From Thermoanaerobaculia bacterium (GTDB lineage Bacteria > Acidobacteriota > Thermoanaerobaculia > Multivoradales > Multivoraceae), in contig OY762911.1 in assembly GCA_963666565.1 (NCBI GenBank), forward strand, positions 4,544,001-4,608,000: a DNA stretch of 64,000 nucleotides, given 5' to 3'. Below, piece by piece: positions 18,496-28,323 of the stretch. Below the pieces are notes generated by a model. It was given only the letters and a program-made list of their open reading frames with translations, was not told where the DNA came from and did not search any database. The stretch's first letter is position 1. Every line of letters starts with the position of its first letter. Both the position numbers and the translations under genes were made by a program.

Positions 18496-18535
18496 GGTGC
18501 GCGGGTCTTCTGACCCGCTGCCGCCGAAGGCGGCC
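18496..18535 (+). repeat. REP-like element
   Basis: GGTGCGCGGGTCTTCTGACCCGCTGCCGCCGAAGGCGGCC; a degenerate GGTGCGCGGG head lies just upstream. Confidence 0.85.
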
Positions 18536-18572
18536 AACAAGACGCGCGCGGAGCGGCGACCGATCCGCCGCG

Positions 18573-19067
18573 CTACCTCTCGGACACGCGCCGCTCCAGG
18601 TCGAGCAGCGCCTGCTTCGTCGGCAGGCCGCCGCCGTAACCGACCAGCCGTCCGCCGCTGCCGATCACCCGGTGGCAGGGCACCACGACCGGCAACGGGT
18701 TCCTGCCGTTCGCCGCGCCCACCGCGCGCGATGCGGTCGGCTTGCCGATCCGCCCGGCAAGCTCGCCGTAGGAGATCGTCCGCCCGAACGGGATGCGCCG
18801 CAGTTCGTCCCACACCCGGAGCTGGAACTCCGTGCCGCGAGCCGCGAGCGGCAAGTCGAACTCCCGCCTGTCGCCGGCAAAGTACTCCTCGAGCTGCCGC
18901 TTCGTCTCCGCCAACGCGGGCGGCAGCGCGCCGTTCGCCGGTAGCCACGCCGGGTCCGGCGGCTCGGCCGCGCGGTTCGGCAACGCGATCTGGCCGATCG
19001 ACTCCTCGTCGCCGACGAGGCGGAGCGCGCCGATGGGTGTCTGGAAGTCGTGGAAGGTCATGGTCAT
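18573..19067 (-). CDS. ogt: Methylated-DNA-protein-cysteine methyltransferase
   Basis: GTEFQLRVW, ISYGELA, RAVGAANGRNP and active-site PCHRV. Confidence 0.95.
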   Translation of the reverse strand: MTMTFHDFQTPIGALRLVGDEESIGQIALPNRAAEPPDPAWLPANGALPPALAETKRQLEEYFAGDRREFDLPLAARGTEFQLRVWDELRRIPFGRTISYGELAGRIGKPTASRAVGAANGRNPLPVVVPCHRVIGSGGRLVGYGGGLPTKQALLDLERRVSER

Positions 19068-19278
19068 CGGTCGGTTCTCCTTGAGGTCGGGGATCGGCGT
19101 AGTCCCTGACGCTGCTGTCCGGGGCGACCGACTCCATCGGGTTCGTTGCCAGCCCGCCGATTACCCTATTGAACAACTCCGTTCAGTAGCGTAACTCTCC
19201 GTCTGGCGCCGAGTGGTACGCGGCCGCAGAAACCCGCGATCACTCCGGGCGCGTCCAGGCGGCCGCCGATCCGGAACG

Positions 19279-20202
19279 CTAGCCTCCGCCGGCCCAGCGC
19301 CACAACAGGATCGCGGCGTAGGCGCGTGCCGGTCGCCAGTTCTCGGCAATCGCCTCCAGTTCAGACGCGCTCGGCGGTTCGGCGGGGTTCGCCGCCTTGC
19401 GCAGGCCCAGGTCGCTGGCCGGAAACGCGTCTGCGTCGCCCAGTGCACGCATGGCGACGTACTCGACCGTCCACGGGCCGATGCCCTTGATCGCAAGCAG
19501 CCGCTCGCGGACCTCCGCCGGGTCGGCGTCCAGGCGCAGACGGCCGGCCGCCACCTCCGCCGCTGTCGCGCGTAGCGCCTCCGCGCGGGATGCGGGCAGG
19601 CCGATCGTCCGCAGATCGAACGCGGCGACCCGCTCCGGCGACGGGAAGGTGCGCTCCAGGCCAGGCGCTCGCAGCGATTCCGGCAGCTCCGCGCCCAGGG
19701 CGGCAACCAGCCGGCCAGCCAGCGTGCGGGCGCCGGCCACCGAGATCTGCTGCCCGAGGATCGCGCGCACGACGGTCTCGAAGCGGTCCCAGGCGCCCGG
19801 AATCCGCACGCTCGCGACTTCTCGGCTCAGTGCCGTGAACTCTGGCGCCGACCGGAGCGCTGCGGCGATGCGAACCGGATCCGCGTCGAGGTCGAAGAGC
19901 CGCCGTACTCGCCGCTCGACCTCTTCCTCAAGCAGCGATTCGAGGTCTTCGCCCGCATTGGCGTGGACTTCCGCCCGAATGCGGGAGCCGTCAAGGTCGA
20001 TCCGCAGGACCGCAGGTCTCGGGTCGCTTTCCGGCGGCCTCGCCCACAGCCGCGCGAGGTCGACCGTCCGGCGATAGAGCAGGCGCTCCACGTTGACGAC
20101 CTCTACACCCGCCAAGGCGCGGACCGCGAAGAACTCAAGCAGCCCTCGTACGTCGAACGGCCGCGGCCAAGGCGCTTCGTGAGAGCAGACGACGTGCGTC
20201 AT
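19279..20202 (-). CDS. alkA: DNA-3-methyladenine glycosylase II
   Basis: RRLFDLDADP, RAILGQQISV, HhH motif IKGIGPWTVEY, DAFPASDLG and WRPARAYAAILLW. Confidence 0.9.
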   Translation of the reverse strand: MTHVVCSHEAPWPRPFDVRGLLEFFAVRALAGVEVVNVERLLYRRTVDLARLWARPPESDPRPAVLRIDLDGSRIRAEVHANAGEDLESLLEEEVERRVRRLFDLDADPVRIAAALRSAPEFTALSREVASVRIPGAWDRFETVVRAILGQQISVAGARTLAGRLVAALGAELPESLRAPGLERTFPSPERVAAFDLRTIGLPASRAEALRATAAEVAAGRLRLDADPAEVRERLLAIKGIGPWTVEYVAMRALGDADAFPASDLGLRKAANPAEPPSASELEAIAENWRPARAYAAILLWRWAGGG

Positions 20203-20286
20203 CCAGGGTGCGAGCATAGTCGTCCGACACGCCCGATCCGCGATAGCCTCACCGCCCCCTGACCCCTCAACGACCGGAAACCGACC

Positions 20287-21435
20287 ATGACCGAACTCCC
20301 CGCCGACGGCCTCGCCCTCCGCTCCACGATCCGCTCCGACGACAAGGGCGGCGGCACCGTCGAACTCGCACTTGTCCGGGCGCCGGTGCCGGAACCCGGC
20401 CCGGAGCAGGTGGTCGTCCGGGTCGAGGCGGCGCCGATCAACCCGTCCGACCTGGGCGTGCTGTTCGGTCCCGCCGACGTCTCGGCCGTCCGCGCGTCGG
20501 ACGGCGAGCACGGTCCCGTCGTCGTGGCCGACATCCCGAAGGGCCTCGCGCGCCTGGTCGCGGGACGGCTCGATCAAGCAATACCGGCCGGCAACGAGGG
20601 GGCCGGCGTGGTCGTCGCCGCCGGTTCGTCGCCGGCCGCCCAGGCCCTGATCGGCCGAACGGTCGCCGTCCTCGGCGGCTCGATGTACGCGGAGTACCGG
20701 CTGGCCGAGGCCCGGCAGTGCCTGGCGCTGCACGAGGGCACGACGCCGGCCGAAGGCGCGTCGTGCTTCGTCAATCCGCTGACCGCCCTCGGGATGGTCG
20801 AGACGATGCGGCTCGAGGGCCACACGGCGCTGGTCCACACCGCGGCCGCCTCGAACCTCGGCCAGATGCTCCAGAAGATCTGCACCGCCGACGACGTGCC
20901 GCTGGTCAACGTCGTCCGGCGGGCGGAGCACCGGGAACTCCTGGCCGGTATCGGCGCAACCCACGTCGTGAACCTGAGCACCGAGACATTCATGGCGGAT
21001 CTCGTGGCCGCGATCGGGGACGCCGGCGCCACCCTCGGCTTCGACGCCACCGGCGGCGGCAAGCTGGCCGGCCAGATCCTGACCGCGATGGAGGCGGCGC
21101 TCTCCGCCAACGCCCCCGAGTACAGCCGCTACGGCTCGGCGACCCACAAGCAGGTCTACATCTACGGTGGGCTCGACCGCAGCCAGACCGTGCTCACCCG
21201 CAACTTCGGAATGGCCTGGGGCCTGGGCGGCTGGCTGCTGCCCCACTTCCTGCGCCGCATCGGCCACGAGGCCTCGGAACGGCTCCGGCAGCGGGTCGCC
21301 GACGAGATCAAGACGACGTTCGCGTCGAGCTACGCGAAGACGGTGACGTTGCGGGAGGCTCTGGACCCGGCGTCGATCGCGGTGTACGCGAGGCAGGCGA
21401 CCGGTGAGAAGTACCTGGTGACGCCGCACGGGTAG
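20287..21435 (+). CDS. MDR/zinc-binding-dehydrogenase family NADH oxidase-like protein
   Basis: VEAAPINPSDL, GNEGAG, FVNPLTALGM and HTAAASNLG. Confidence 0.88.
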   Translation: MTELPADGLALRSTIRSDDKGGGTVELALVRAPVPEPGPEQVVVRVEAAPINPSDLGVLFGPADVSAVRASDGEHGPVVVADIPKGLARLVAGRLDQAIPAGNEGAGVVVAAGSSPAAQALIGRTVAVLGGSMYAEYRLAEARQCLALHEGTTPAEGASCFVNPLTALGMVETMRLEGHTALVHTAAASNLGQMLQKICTADDVPLVNVVRRAEHRELLAGIGATHVVNLSTETFMADLVAAIGDAGATLGFDATGGGKLAGQILTAMEAALSANAPEYSRYGSATHKQVYIYGGLDRSQTVLTRNFGMAWGLGGWLLPHFLRRIGHEASERLRQRVADEIKTTFASSYAKTVTLREALDPASIAVYARQATGEKYLVTPHG

Positions 21436-21444
21436 GCGGCTGCG

Positions 21445-21520
21445 CCAAGCGGCGCCGGCCTGACGGCCGGCTGTTCTCCTGGCCGCCTGCGGCGGCAGCG
21501 GGTCAGAAGACCCGCGCACC
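21445..21520 (-). repeat. Extended REP-like element
   Basis: Reverse-complement core at 21481-21520 plus a third-hairpin extension shared with the 24.5 and 29.8 kb copies. Confidence 0.8.
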
Positions 21521-21570
21521 CGGTGCGAACGTCGACGTCCGGCGCCGCGGGGTAACTGAACTGCGACTCT

Positions 21571-22506
21571 CTACACGCGGCGATACGCCAGATCGCCCTC
21601 CATGTAGGTGAGGCAGAAGCGGTCCGGCTCGACGCCGCCGTTCGGGCTGCGGAACCACAGCGGGCGCCGGTAGAAGACCTCGCCGCCGAGCGACTCCGCG
21701 GCGCGCAGCAGGCTCTCTTCCGTGGTCAGGACGGTCGCCTCCGCGCAGCCTTCCCGGCCCAGCCGGTCGAGGATCGCGGCAAGCGCCAGGTCCGCGTCCT
21801 GTTCAAGCCAGGGCATGTGGACGATGCGGCCCGTGGGCGGGTCGTTGGCCCGGTTGACGTAGAGCAGGACGGGACCCAGCGGCTCGCCGGACCGTTCGAG
21901 GGTGAAGAGCAGGCCGTCGTGCTCCGGGCAGGCCGCCAGCCAGGCGAGGTGGCCCGGCTCGGCGAGGTTGACGAGCGTGCCCGCAGGCGGGGCCGGAGCG
22001 ACCGCCGCTGGCTCGTAAGCGCCAAGCGCCACACCGGGCTGCGCGGGGGCGACAGCAGCCGGCGACGCCGCCGTGCTCAGCCGCACCTCGAGCGCCTCGC
22101 CGACCTCGCGGAATCCGCGCATGACCAGCATCGCCTTCGTGGCCGCGGTGCCGCCGAGCACGACCTCGAAGTCCGTCTCGGGCGTGCGGCCGGCCAGCGG
22201 CACGCCCGCTCTGCCCCTCGATTCCGGCTCGACCATCCACAGCATCCGGTGAGCGCCCGTCGCCGTCCGGCCGTGGATCCGGTAGCGGCAGTGCAGCGAG
22301 GCCACGTGACCGACGACCCGTCCATGGCGTTCGGCGACGAGGGACTCGACCTCGGGTCCGTCTCCGTAACCGAACAGAAGCCAGCGCAGCACCTCCGGCT
22401 CGCGCCGGACGCCGTACACGGACTCGGTCAGGTCGGAGAGGCGAGGGAGTTCGCGCTCCCGAGTCGGTCGCAGGAGGATGTCCCGAACCGTGCGCACCCT
22501 GTCCAT
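21571..22506 (-). CDS. GNAT-fold acetyltransferase
   Basis: LVAERHGRVVGH and MVEPESRGRAG motif A. Confidence 0.65.
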   Translation of the reverse strand: MDRVRTVRDILLRPTRERELPRLSDLTESVYGVRREPEVLRWLLFGYGDGPEVESLVAERHGRVVGHVASLHCRYRIHGRTATGAHRMLWMVEPESRGRAGVPLAGRTPETDFEVVLGGTAATKAMLVMRGFREVGEALEVRLSTAASPAAVAPAQPGVALGAYEPAAVAPAPPAGTLVNLAEPGHLAWLAACPEHDGLLFTLERSGEPLGPVLLYVNRANDPPTGRIVHMPWLEQDADLALAAILDRLGREGCAEATVLTTEESLLRAAESLGGEVFYRRPLWFRSPNGGVEPDRFCLTYMEGDLAYRRV

Positions 22507-22517
22507 CGATCCGAAGG

Positions 22518-23315
22518 CTAGCGCCGCGCCGCCCGAAACGCCGCGTCGCGCTCGGCCCGCAGGCGCAGGCCCTCGCGGAACCGCTCGACGTTGGCTTCCG
22601 CGCGGCGGCGGAGCCGGCGGTACTTGAACTCGGCCTCCAGCAGCAGCAGTTCGTCCCAGCCCAGGCCCTCCTCCGTCCAGTGGTACTCGTGGGTGAGGAG
22701 CTGGATCCGGTCGTAGCGGTCGAGCAGGCGGGTCACCACGCCCTCGCGCCAGACCTGGGTGCTGTCCGAGAGGTACTTGATCCGCTCGAAGTACAGCGGG
22801 TCGTAGGCGTCGACCACGCCGGGAATCTCCAGAGTCCGGCCGGAGCGCATCGGCATGTGGGGACTCGCGGCCCGGATCTCCACGCCGAAGAACCCCTCCA
22901 TCAGAGAGATCGCGCGCCGCGCCAGTTCGACCGGATCGCCCCCCGAGCGTTCGAACAGGCCCAGGTCGTAGTGGAAGCCGAGGTCGTGCCCCAGGCCGAG
23001 GATCTGCTCGACCGCCTCCGCGCCGTCGGCCTCGAACAGGTTGTAGTCGGAACCGATCTGGACGAAGAAGGTCGAGCGGACGCCGGCGTCGTGATCGGCC
23101 CGCGCCAGGGTCAGCGCGGCGTCGAGGCTGAACTCGACGTCGTGGCGCATCAGGACGAAGCGCTCCACGTCCAGCAGCGCCTCGCCCATCGGCGCCGCCT
23201 CGCCGAACGAGAAGGTGCGGTGGGTCGAGACGATCCGCGCCAGGATCTCTCGGTAGTGATCGAGGGTGAAGTCCCCATCCGGATCGGCCGGGCGACCCGC
23301 TTTCCGTCCGGTCAC
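22518..23315 (-). CDS. Polysaccharide-deacetylase-like protein
   Basis: GTG overlapping the upstream stop; DFTLDHY, LMRHDVE, STFFV, LGFHYD, YLSDS and QLLTH. Confidence 0.75.
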   Translation of the reverse strand: MTGRKAGRPADPDGDFTLDHYREILARIVSTHRTFSFGEAAPMGEALLDVERFVLMRHDVEFSLDAALTLARADHDAGVRSTFFVQIGSDYNLFEADGAEAVEQILGLGHDLGFHYDLGLFERSGGDPVELARRAISLMEGFFGVEIRAASPHMPMRSGRTLEIPGVVDAYDPLYFERIKYLSDSTQVWREGVVTRLLDRYDRIQLLTHEYHWTEEGLGWDELLLLEAEFKYRRLRRRAEANVERFREGLRLRAERDAAFRAARR

Positions 23316-24475
23316 GCCGGCTGCCATTGCACTTCGCTCCACACTTCCGACGCCAGTTCCCGCACGGGCCGGACGGCGCCGCCGTCGATCCACTCGACCA
23401 GGCGGCGCGTCACGTCGGGGTAGTTCATCGGCGCCGGCTCGGGACCGTCGATCCAGGACTCGATCCTCTCCCGGACGAGACGGTCGACGACCGTCGCCAG
23501 GCCAAGGCTCCGGAGCGCGCGACCGTTCAGGAACTGCTCCGGGTGGCGGCCGATGGGCCGCACCAGCAGACGGCGTCCGAGATGAAGCGCCTCGCTGACC
23601 AGGGAGAAGCCGGCGTGCGTGACCACGCCGCGCGAGGCGACGAGATCGGCGACGAACGCGGCCCGGTCGTACGGGCGGATCGAGACGTTGCCGTGCTCGA
23701 CCGGTTCCGGCACCGGCCGGTAGACGACGAACCGGCAACGACTTACCGAGGTCAGCAACTCCAGGACGCTTTCCTCGCTCTCCGCCGGCAGGTAGACGAG
23801 AATCGGCGGGTCGTCCTTCGCGAATCTCCTCGCCCGGGAGCTTCTCGCCGGTCGCCCTCGTCGATCGCGAGCGCGAAAATGCCGCTCCGGCGGTGCGCCG
23901 TCGACCGGGCCGGCCGCAGCGACCCGGGCCGCTTCCGCCGCCGCGACCAGGTCGGGGCTGATCGTCGGCGGCAGGCTGGCGCCGCCGAACCGATGCCAGT
24001 GCAAACCGACGGCCAGCCGCACCGGCGTGTAGACGAACCCCGCCCGGCCCAGCAGCAGCCGAGCCGGCTCGGTCCAGCCGGGCAGCCGCAGCCGGCGCTG
24101 GAAGGCGTAGAGGTGGCCGACGCCGACGCTCGGAAGGCGCCAGCGGCGCGCGATCCAGGCCGAGACCGGTTCGTAGTCGGTCAACACGAGGTCGAAACCC
24201 GACGCGTCGAAACCGCGAACGTCGCGGAAGAAACGCGCCAGGCGCAGGTCGCTCACGGTCCGCAGCAACCGCACGCGGCCGCCGGCGGCGGCGCCGGTGA
24301 AGCCGGCAAGAAGCGTGTGGCTGGCCTGGATCGCGGGATCGGCGAACGCCGCCGAATCGCGACCGGTAAGCAGGCAGTGGACGTCGTGCCCGAGCCCGCG
24401 CAGCCCCTTCACCATGGCCGCCGACCGCACCAGGTGGCCGTGGCCGGTTCCCTGAACTCCGTAGAGGATCCTCAT
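23312..24475 (-). CDS. MJ1255/VC2487-family glycosyltransferase
   Basis: MRILYGVQGTGHGHLVRS, TDYEP, AGFSLVSEALHLG and HPEQFLNG. Confidence 0.88.
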   Translation of the reverse strand: MRILYGVQGTGHGHLVRSAAMVKGLRGLGHDVHCLLTGRDSAAFADPAIQASHTLLAGFTGAAAGGRVRLLRTVSDLRLARFFRDVRGFDASGFDLVLTDYEPVSAWIARRWRLPSVGVGHLYAFQRRLRLPGWTEPARLLLGRAGFVYTPVRLAVGLHWHRFGGASLPPTISPDLVAAAEAARVAAAGPVDGAPPERHFRARDRRGRPARSSRARRFAKDDPPILVYLPAESEESVLELLTSVSRCRFVVYRPVPEPVEHGNVSIRPYDRAAFVADLVASRGVVTHAGFSLVSEALHLGRRLLVRPIGRHPEQFLNGRALRSLGLATVVDRLVRERIESWIDGPEPAPMNYPDVTRRLVEWIDGGAVRPVRELASEVWSEVQWQPA

Positions 24476-24508
24476 GCCGAGCTGGCAGTTCGCGCTCCAT
24501 CCGCGCGG

Positions 24509-24638
24509 CGCGGAGTTGCATGGCACCGGCCGCCAAGCGGAGCCGGCCTTGCGGCCGGCCGATCTCCTGGCCGCCTTCGGCGGCAGCGGGTCGGAAGACC
24601 CGCGCACCGACACGCGGCCGGTTCCATGCAACTCCGCG
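24509..24638. repeat. Composite element: REP-like copy enclosed by 25-bp inverted repeats
   Basis: CGCGGAGTTGCATGGCACCGGCCGC (24509-24533) pairs with GCGGCCGGTTCCATGCAACTCCGCG (24614-24638) with one mismatch. REP core at 24569-24608 on the minus strand. Confidence 0.85.
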
Positions 24639-24795
24639 GCGGAACGTAGCACCCGCCCGCTTGCCGTCGCAAGCCGGAAAGCCGCCGGCAGCCGGCTGGT
24701 AGACTGCCCTTCTCCGTTTCCTTGCGGGTTCTCCCCGGTTCGCGCGCGAAAGCGCGGTCCGATCCCGGCGCCCGCAAGCGGCAGGGGGTGACATC

Positions 24796-26121
24796 ACGCG
24801 CGTTCTCATCGCAGGCATCGACGGCTACCTCGGCTGGCCGTTGGCCCAGTACCTGACCGCCCGCGGCCACGAGGTTTCCGGCATCGATGCCGGCTTCCGC
24901 CGCGAGTGGGTCGCCGAGATGGGCGGCCGTTCCGCCTTGCCGGTCGCCTCCGTCGAGGCCCGCCTCGACGCCTTCGAGTCCGCCTACGGCCGGCGTCCAC
25001 ACCTCGTTCAGGGCGACCTGACCGACAAGGACACGGTGCACCGGCTGTTCGAGGACGTCCGGCCAGAGGCGATCGTCCACCTCGGCGAATGCCCCTCGGC
25101 GCCCTACTCCATGATGGACGCCGACCACGCCATCTGGGTGCAGCGCAACAACATCGAGGGCACGATGAACGTGCTCTACGCGATGCGCGACCTGGCGCCG
25201 GAGTCGCACCTGGTCAAGCTGGGCACGATGGGCGAGTACGGCACGCCGAACCTCGACATCCCCGAGGGCTTCTTCGAGGTCGAGTACCGCGGCCGGCGCG
25301 ACCGCCTGCCCTTCCCCCGCCAGGCCGGCTCCTGGTACCACTGGAGCAAGGTCCACGACAGCAACAACGTCATGTTCGCGTGCCGCATCTTCGGGCTGCG
25401 GGCCACCGACGTCATGCAGGGCGTCGTCTACGGCACGCGCTTCATGGGCAGCGCGGCCGACCACCCCGCCGACCCCGCGCTCCACACCCGGCTCGACTTC
25501 GACCAGGCCTTCGGCACGGCGCTCAACCGCTTCTGCTGCCAGTCGACGATCGGCGAGCCGCTGACGCTGTTCGGCAAGGGCAACCAGCGCCGCGGCTTCC
25601 TGCCCATCTGCGACTCGATGCAGTGCCTGACCCTGGCGGTCGACAACCCGCCGGAAGCCGGCGACTACCGCGTGTTCAACCAGTTCGAGGAGACCTACAC
25701 GGTGTCCGAGCTGGCGGCGAAGGTCGCCGCGGTGGCCCGGCGTCTCGGCCTCGATCCCCGGATCCGGCGGATCGAGAACCCGCGCAAGGAACTCGAAGAG
25801 CACTACTACAACCCGGACCACGACCACCTGCTGGCGCTGGGCTACCGGCCGACCCGCGACATGGACTCGGAACTCAAGGCAATGCTCCAGGATCTGCTGC
25901 CCCACCACGACCGGATCGCGGCCAAGCGGGACGTGCTCCTGCCCGACATCCGCTGGGACGGCAGCCGCCGGAAGTCCGCCTTCCTGGACGCGGCGGCCCG
26001 CCTGGAGGGCGCGGCCGGCCTCGACGGATCGAAGGGTCCGCGGCCGGACGCCGCGGCCGCCGAACCGCCCCGGCCCGAGGCGGCCAACCGCCCCGATCGC
26101 CGGACGCCCGCTCCGCCCTGA
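24796..26121 (+). CDS. sqdB: UDP-sulfoquinovose synthase (NAD-dependent epimerase family), probable ACG start
   Basis: The frame extends upstream of the ORF call to RVLIAGIDGYLGWP. SAPYSM, HLVKLGTMGEYGTPN, SWYHWSKVHDS, QGVVYG, FGTALNRF and VFNQF match SqdB/Agl3. Confidence 0.88.
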   Translation, partial: TRVLIAGIDGYLGWPLAQYLTARGHEVSGIDAGFRREWVAEMGGRSALPVASVEARLDAFESAYGRRPHLVQGDLTDKDTVHRLFEDVRPEAIVHLGECPSAPYSMMDADHAIWVQRNNIEGTMNVLYAMRDLAPESHLVKLGTMGEYGTPNLDIPEGFFEVEYRGRRDRLPFPRQAGSWYHWSKVHDSNNVMFACRIFGLRATDVMQGVVYGTRFMGSAADHPADPALHTRLDFDQAFGTALNRFCCQSTIGEPLTLFGKGNQRRGFLPICDSMQCLTLAVDNPPEAGDYRVFNQFEETYTVSELAAKVAAVARRLGLDPRIRRIENPRKELEEHYYNPDHDHLLALGYRPTRDMDSELKAMLQDLLPHHDRIAAKRDVLLPDIRWDGSRRKSAFLDAAARLEGAAGLDGSKGPRPDAAAAEPPRPEAANRPDRRTPAPP

Positions 26122-26139
26122 GGCCCGCGCCGCCGGCTG

Positions 26140-26904
26140 TCAGCCGACGAGCCGGAAGCGCGTGCCGCAGATCAGGATCAGGCCGTCGTCTCCCAGGCAG
26201 CCGCGGCCCTGCGCGGCCGAGCGGGCGCGGTCCGCGTCGACAGCCCGCAGGTCGAGGCCGCCCAGGCCCTCCGGCCGGCCGTCTTCCGGTAGCACGAAGC
26301 GAAGGTCGGCGTTCTCGAACCGGATCGTCGGCGTGCCGCCGGCGTCCTCAACCGGGAGCTCGGCGATCTCGCTCCAGCGGGCCGCGAGCCGGGCCGGGTC
26401 GGGCGTCTGGATCTCGGCCGCAACGATCGCGTCGACAACGTCGGTCCGGCGGCAGCGCTGCCAGTTCTCGCCCGCCGGTTCCCACGGTCCGTCGGGTTCC
26501 AGGCCGTTCGTCTGGCAGTCGATCTCGAAGAACGTGCCGCCGGTGTCCTTTGGGTGGAGCTGCATGTTCTGGAAGCCGTGGCGCTCGAACTGGTTGACCA
26601 GGCGAATGCCCAGTTCCTCGACCCGGCGGCGGCGCGGGCCGTGATCGTCGCACTGGGTGATGAACATGTAGCCGCCGTCGCCGCCGCGCTTCTGCAGGTA
26701 GCGGCCGCCGGCGGTGTTCTCCTCGACCGGGGCCACCACTTCCAGGAGCTGGTTGCCGATCGGCAGCAGAGCGTTCTCCAGACCGAAACGGCCGACGCCC
26801 GGATCGTTGTAGCAGACCTCGATGCCGAACACGGCCTCCAGGTCCGCCACCACCGGGGCGAGTTCTTCGGCTACCAGACAGATCTGCCTGAGGCGCAACC
26901 ACAT
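26140..26904 (-). CDS. VOC/glyoxalase-like protein
   Basis: MWLRLRQICLVA, FGLENALLPIG, LEVVAP, GGDGGYM and QLHPKDTGG. Confidence 0.8.
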   Translation of the reverse strand: MWLRLRQICLVAEELAPVVADLEAVFGIEVCYNDPGVGRFGLENALLPIGNQLLEVVAPVEENTAGGRYLQKRGGDGGYMFITQCDDHGPRRRRVEELGIRLVNQFERHGFQNMQLHPKDTGGTFFEIDCQTNGLEPDGPWEPAGENWQRCRRTDVVDAIVAAEIQTPDPARLAARWSEIAELPVEDAGGTPTIRFENADLRFVLPEDGRPEGLGGLDLRAVDADRARSAAQGRGCLGDDGLILICGTRFRLVG

Positions 26905-27060
26905 GACGAGTCTCCTTCGGGTGCTTCGATCGGGGACGGAGGCCGCATCATGGCACGATCCGGCGACCCGAGCGGCAACCGCGCCGGACTTCCGTGGCCG
27001 CGGGCCGGCTGCCCGCTTGCCCAAGCCTCCCGCGGCGGACCCCTCCGCGCCGTGCCGCGA

Positions 27061-28254
27061 CTACGCCTCGGGCCAGGAACCCCGGCCTTCGAGCAGGAAC
27101 GTCAGGTGCGGGTGGTAGAGCGCCGGCTCCAGCAGGAACGAGTCGTGCCCCTTGTCGGAGTGGACGATGATCCTCATGCAGCTCACTCCGGCCCGCTCCA
27201 GGGCGGCCATCAGTTCGCCCTGCTCTTCGGGGTAGTAGCAGACGTCCGAGTTGATCGAGAAGATGAGGAAACGCTGGTCCCGGCACCGCTCGAACGCCTG
27301 CTCCAACGACGCAACGCCGGCAGTGGCGGCGAGGTCGTACTGGCTCCAGGCGTCGAGGATCCGCAGGTAGGAGTTCGCGTCGAAACGCGAGGCGAACTTG
27401 CCGCCCTGGTGCCGCATGTAGGACTCGATCGGGTGGTTGACGCCGTACCACGGCACGCCGGACGCCTCCGCCACCGTGTTCCGCGCGCGCCGCCGCAGGG
27501 TCCGCAGCGAAACGAACGTCTTGTGGTTGATCTGCCGTGCGATCTTCATCCCCTCGAGCTCCGTGCCCGGCGGGTAGAGCCCGCCCTCGAAGCGAGGATC
27601 GTTGGCGATCGCCTGGATCTGCTCGAAGTTGTGGATCCGCTGGAGCGGCGTCACCTCCATGCCGGCGGCGATGACGACCACGTTGCGCACGCGCTCCGGG
27701 TACATGGCCGCCAGGTCGAGCACCGCCATGCCGCCGGTCGACGGGCCCACGCCCGCGTGCAGCGCGTCGATCCCGAGGCGGTCCGCCAGGCGCATCGCGG
27801 CCCTGACCGTGTCGGAGAAGCGGATCCGCGGAAAGGACGGACCCCAGGGCTCGCCGGTCGCCGGGTCGGTCGAGAGCGGCCCGGTCGAGCCGTAGCAACC
27901 GCCGATGTAGTTCACGCAGATGACGCAGAAGAGGTCCGTGTCGAGCGCCCGGCCCGAGCCGATGAACTCGTGCCACCAGCCCAGTTTCATCTCGTCCGTC
28001 CAGGCGCAGGCCAAGCCCGGCACGCCGTGGTTCGTGCCCGCCGCGTGGTGGCTGCCCGTCAGCGCGTGGAACAGCAGCACCGCGTTGTCCCGCGCGGCGT
28101 TCAGTTCGCCGTACTGCTCCCAGGCCAGGGTGTACTCGGACAGGGTGTCGCCGCAGGCCAGTTCGAGCGGCTCGTCGAAGCGCTCGAACCGGGTCTCGAC
28201 GACGCCGATGCCCCGGCTGGCGTCCGTCGGCTGCAGATCGCGGGCGGTCTCCAC
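27061..28254 (-). CDS. metX: Homoserine O-acetyltransferase
   Basis: HALTGSHHAAG, GWW, GCYGSTGP, nucleophile loop GPSTGG, RFDANSY and GHDSFLLE. Confidence 0.9.
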   Translation of the reverse strand: METARDLQPTDASRGIGVVETRFERFDEPLELACGDTLSEYTLAWEQYGELNAARDNAVLLFHALTGSHHAAGTNHGVPGLACAWTDEMKLGWWHEFIGSGRALDTDLFCVICVNYIGGCYGSTGPLSTDPATGEPWGPSFPRIRFSDTVRAAMRLADRLGIDALHAGVGPSTGGMAVLDLAAMYPERVRNVVVIAAGMEVTPLQRIHNFEQIQAIANDPRFEGGLYPPGTELEGMKIARQINHKTFVSLRTLRRRARNTVAEASGVPWYGVNHPIESYMRHQGGKFASRFDANSYLRILDAWSQYDLAATAGVASLEQAFERCRDQRFLIFSINSDVCYYPEEQGELMAALERAGVSCMRIIVHSDKGHDSFLLEPALYHPHLTFLLEGRGSWPEA

Positions 28255-28323
28255 GGGCCAACACTATGGGCTTGCGACGGAGAACGCTACGGAAGCGGCG
28301 CCCGACGGCCCCCAGCGAGAGGG

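Noticed and set aside
19068-19278. Possible Ada-regulator remnant or Ada box between alkA and ogt
   Set aside because: The spacer is slightly AT-richer, but I found no convincing reading frame or motif.
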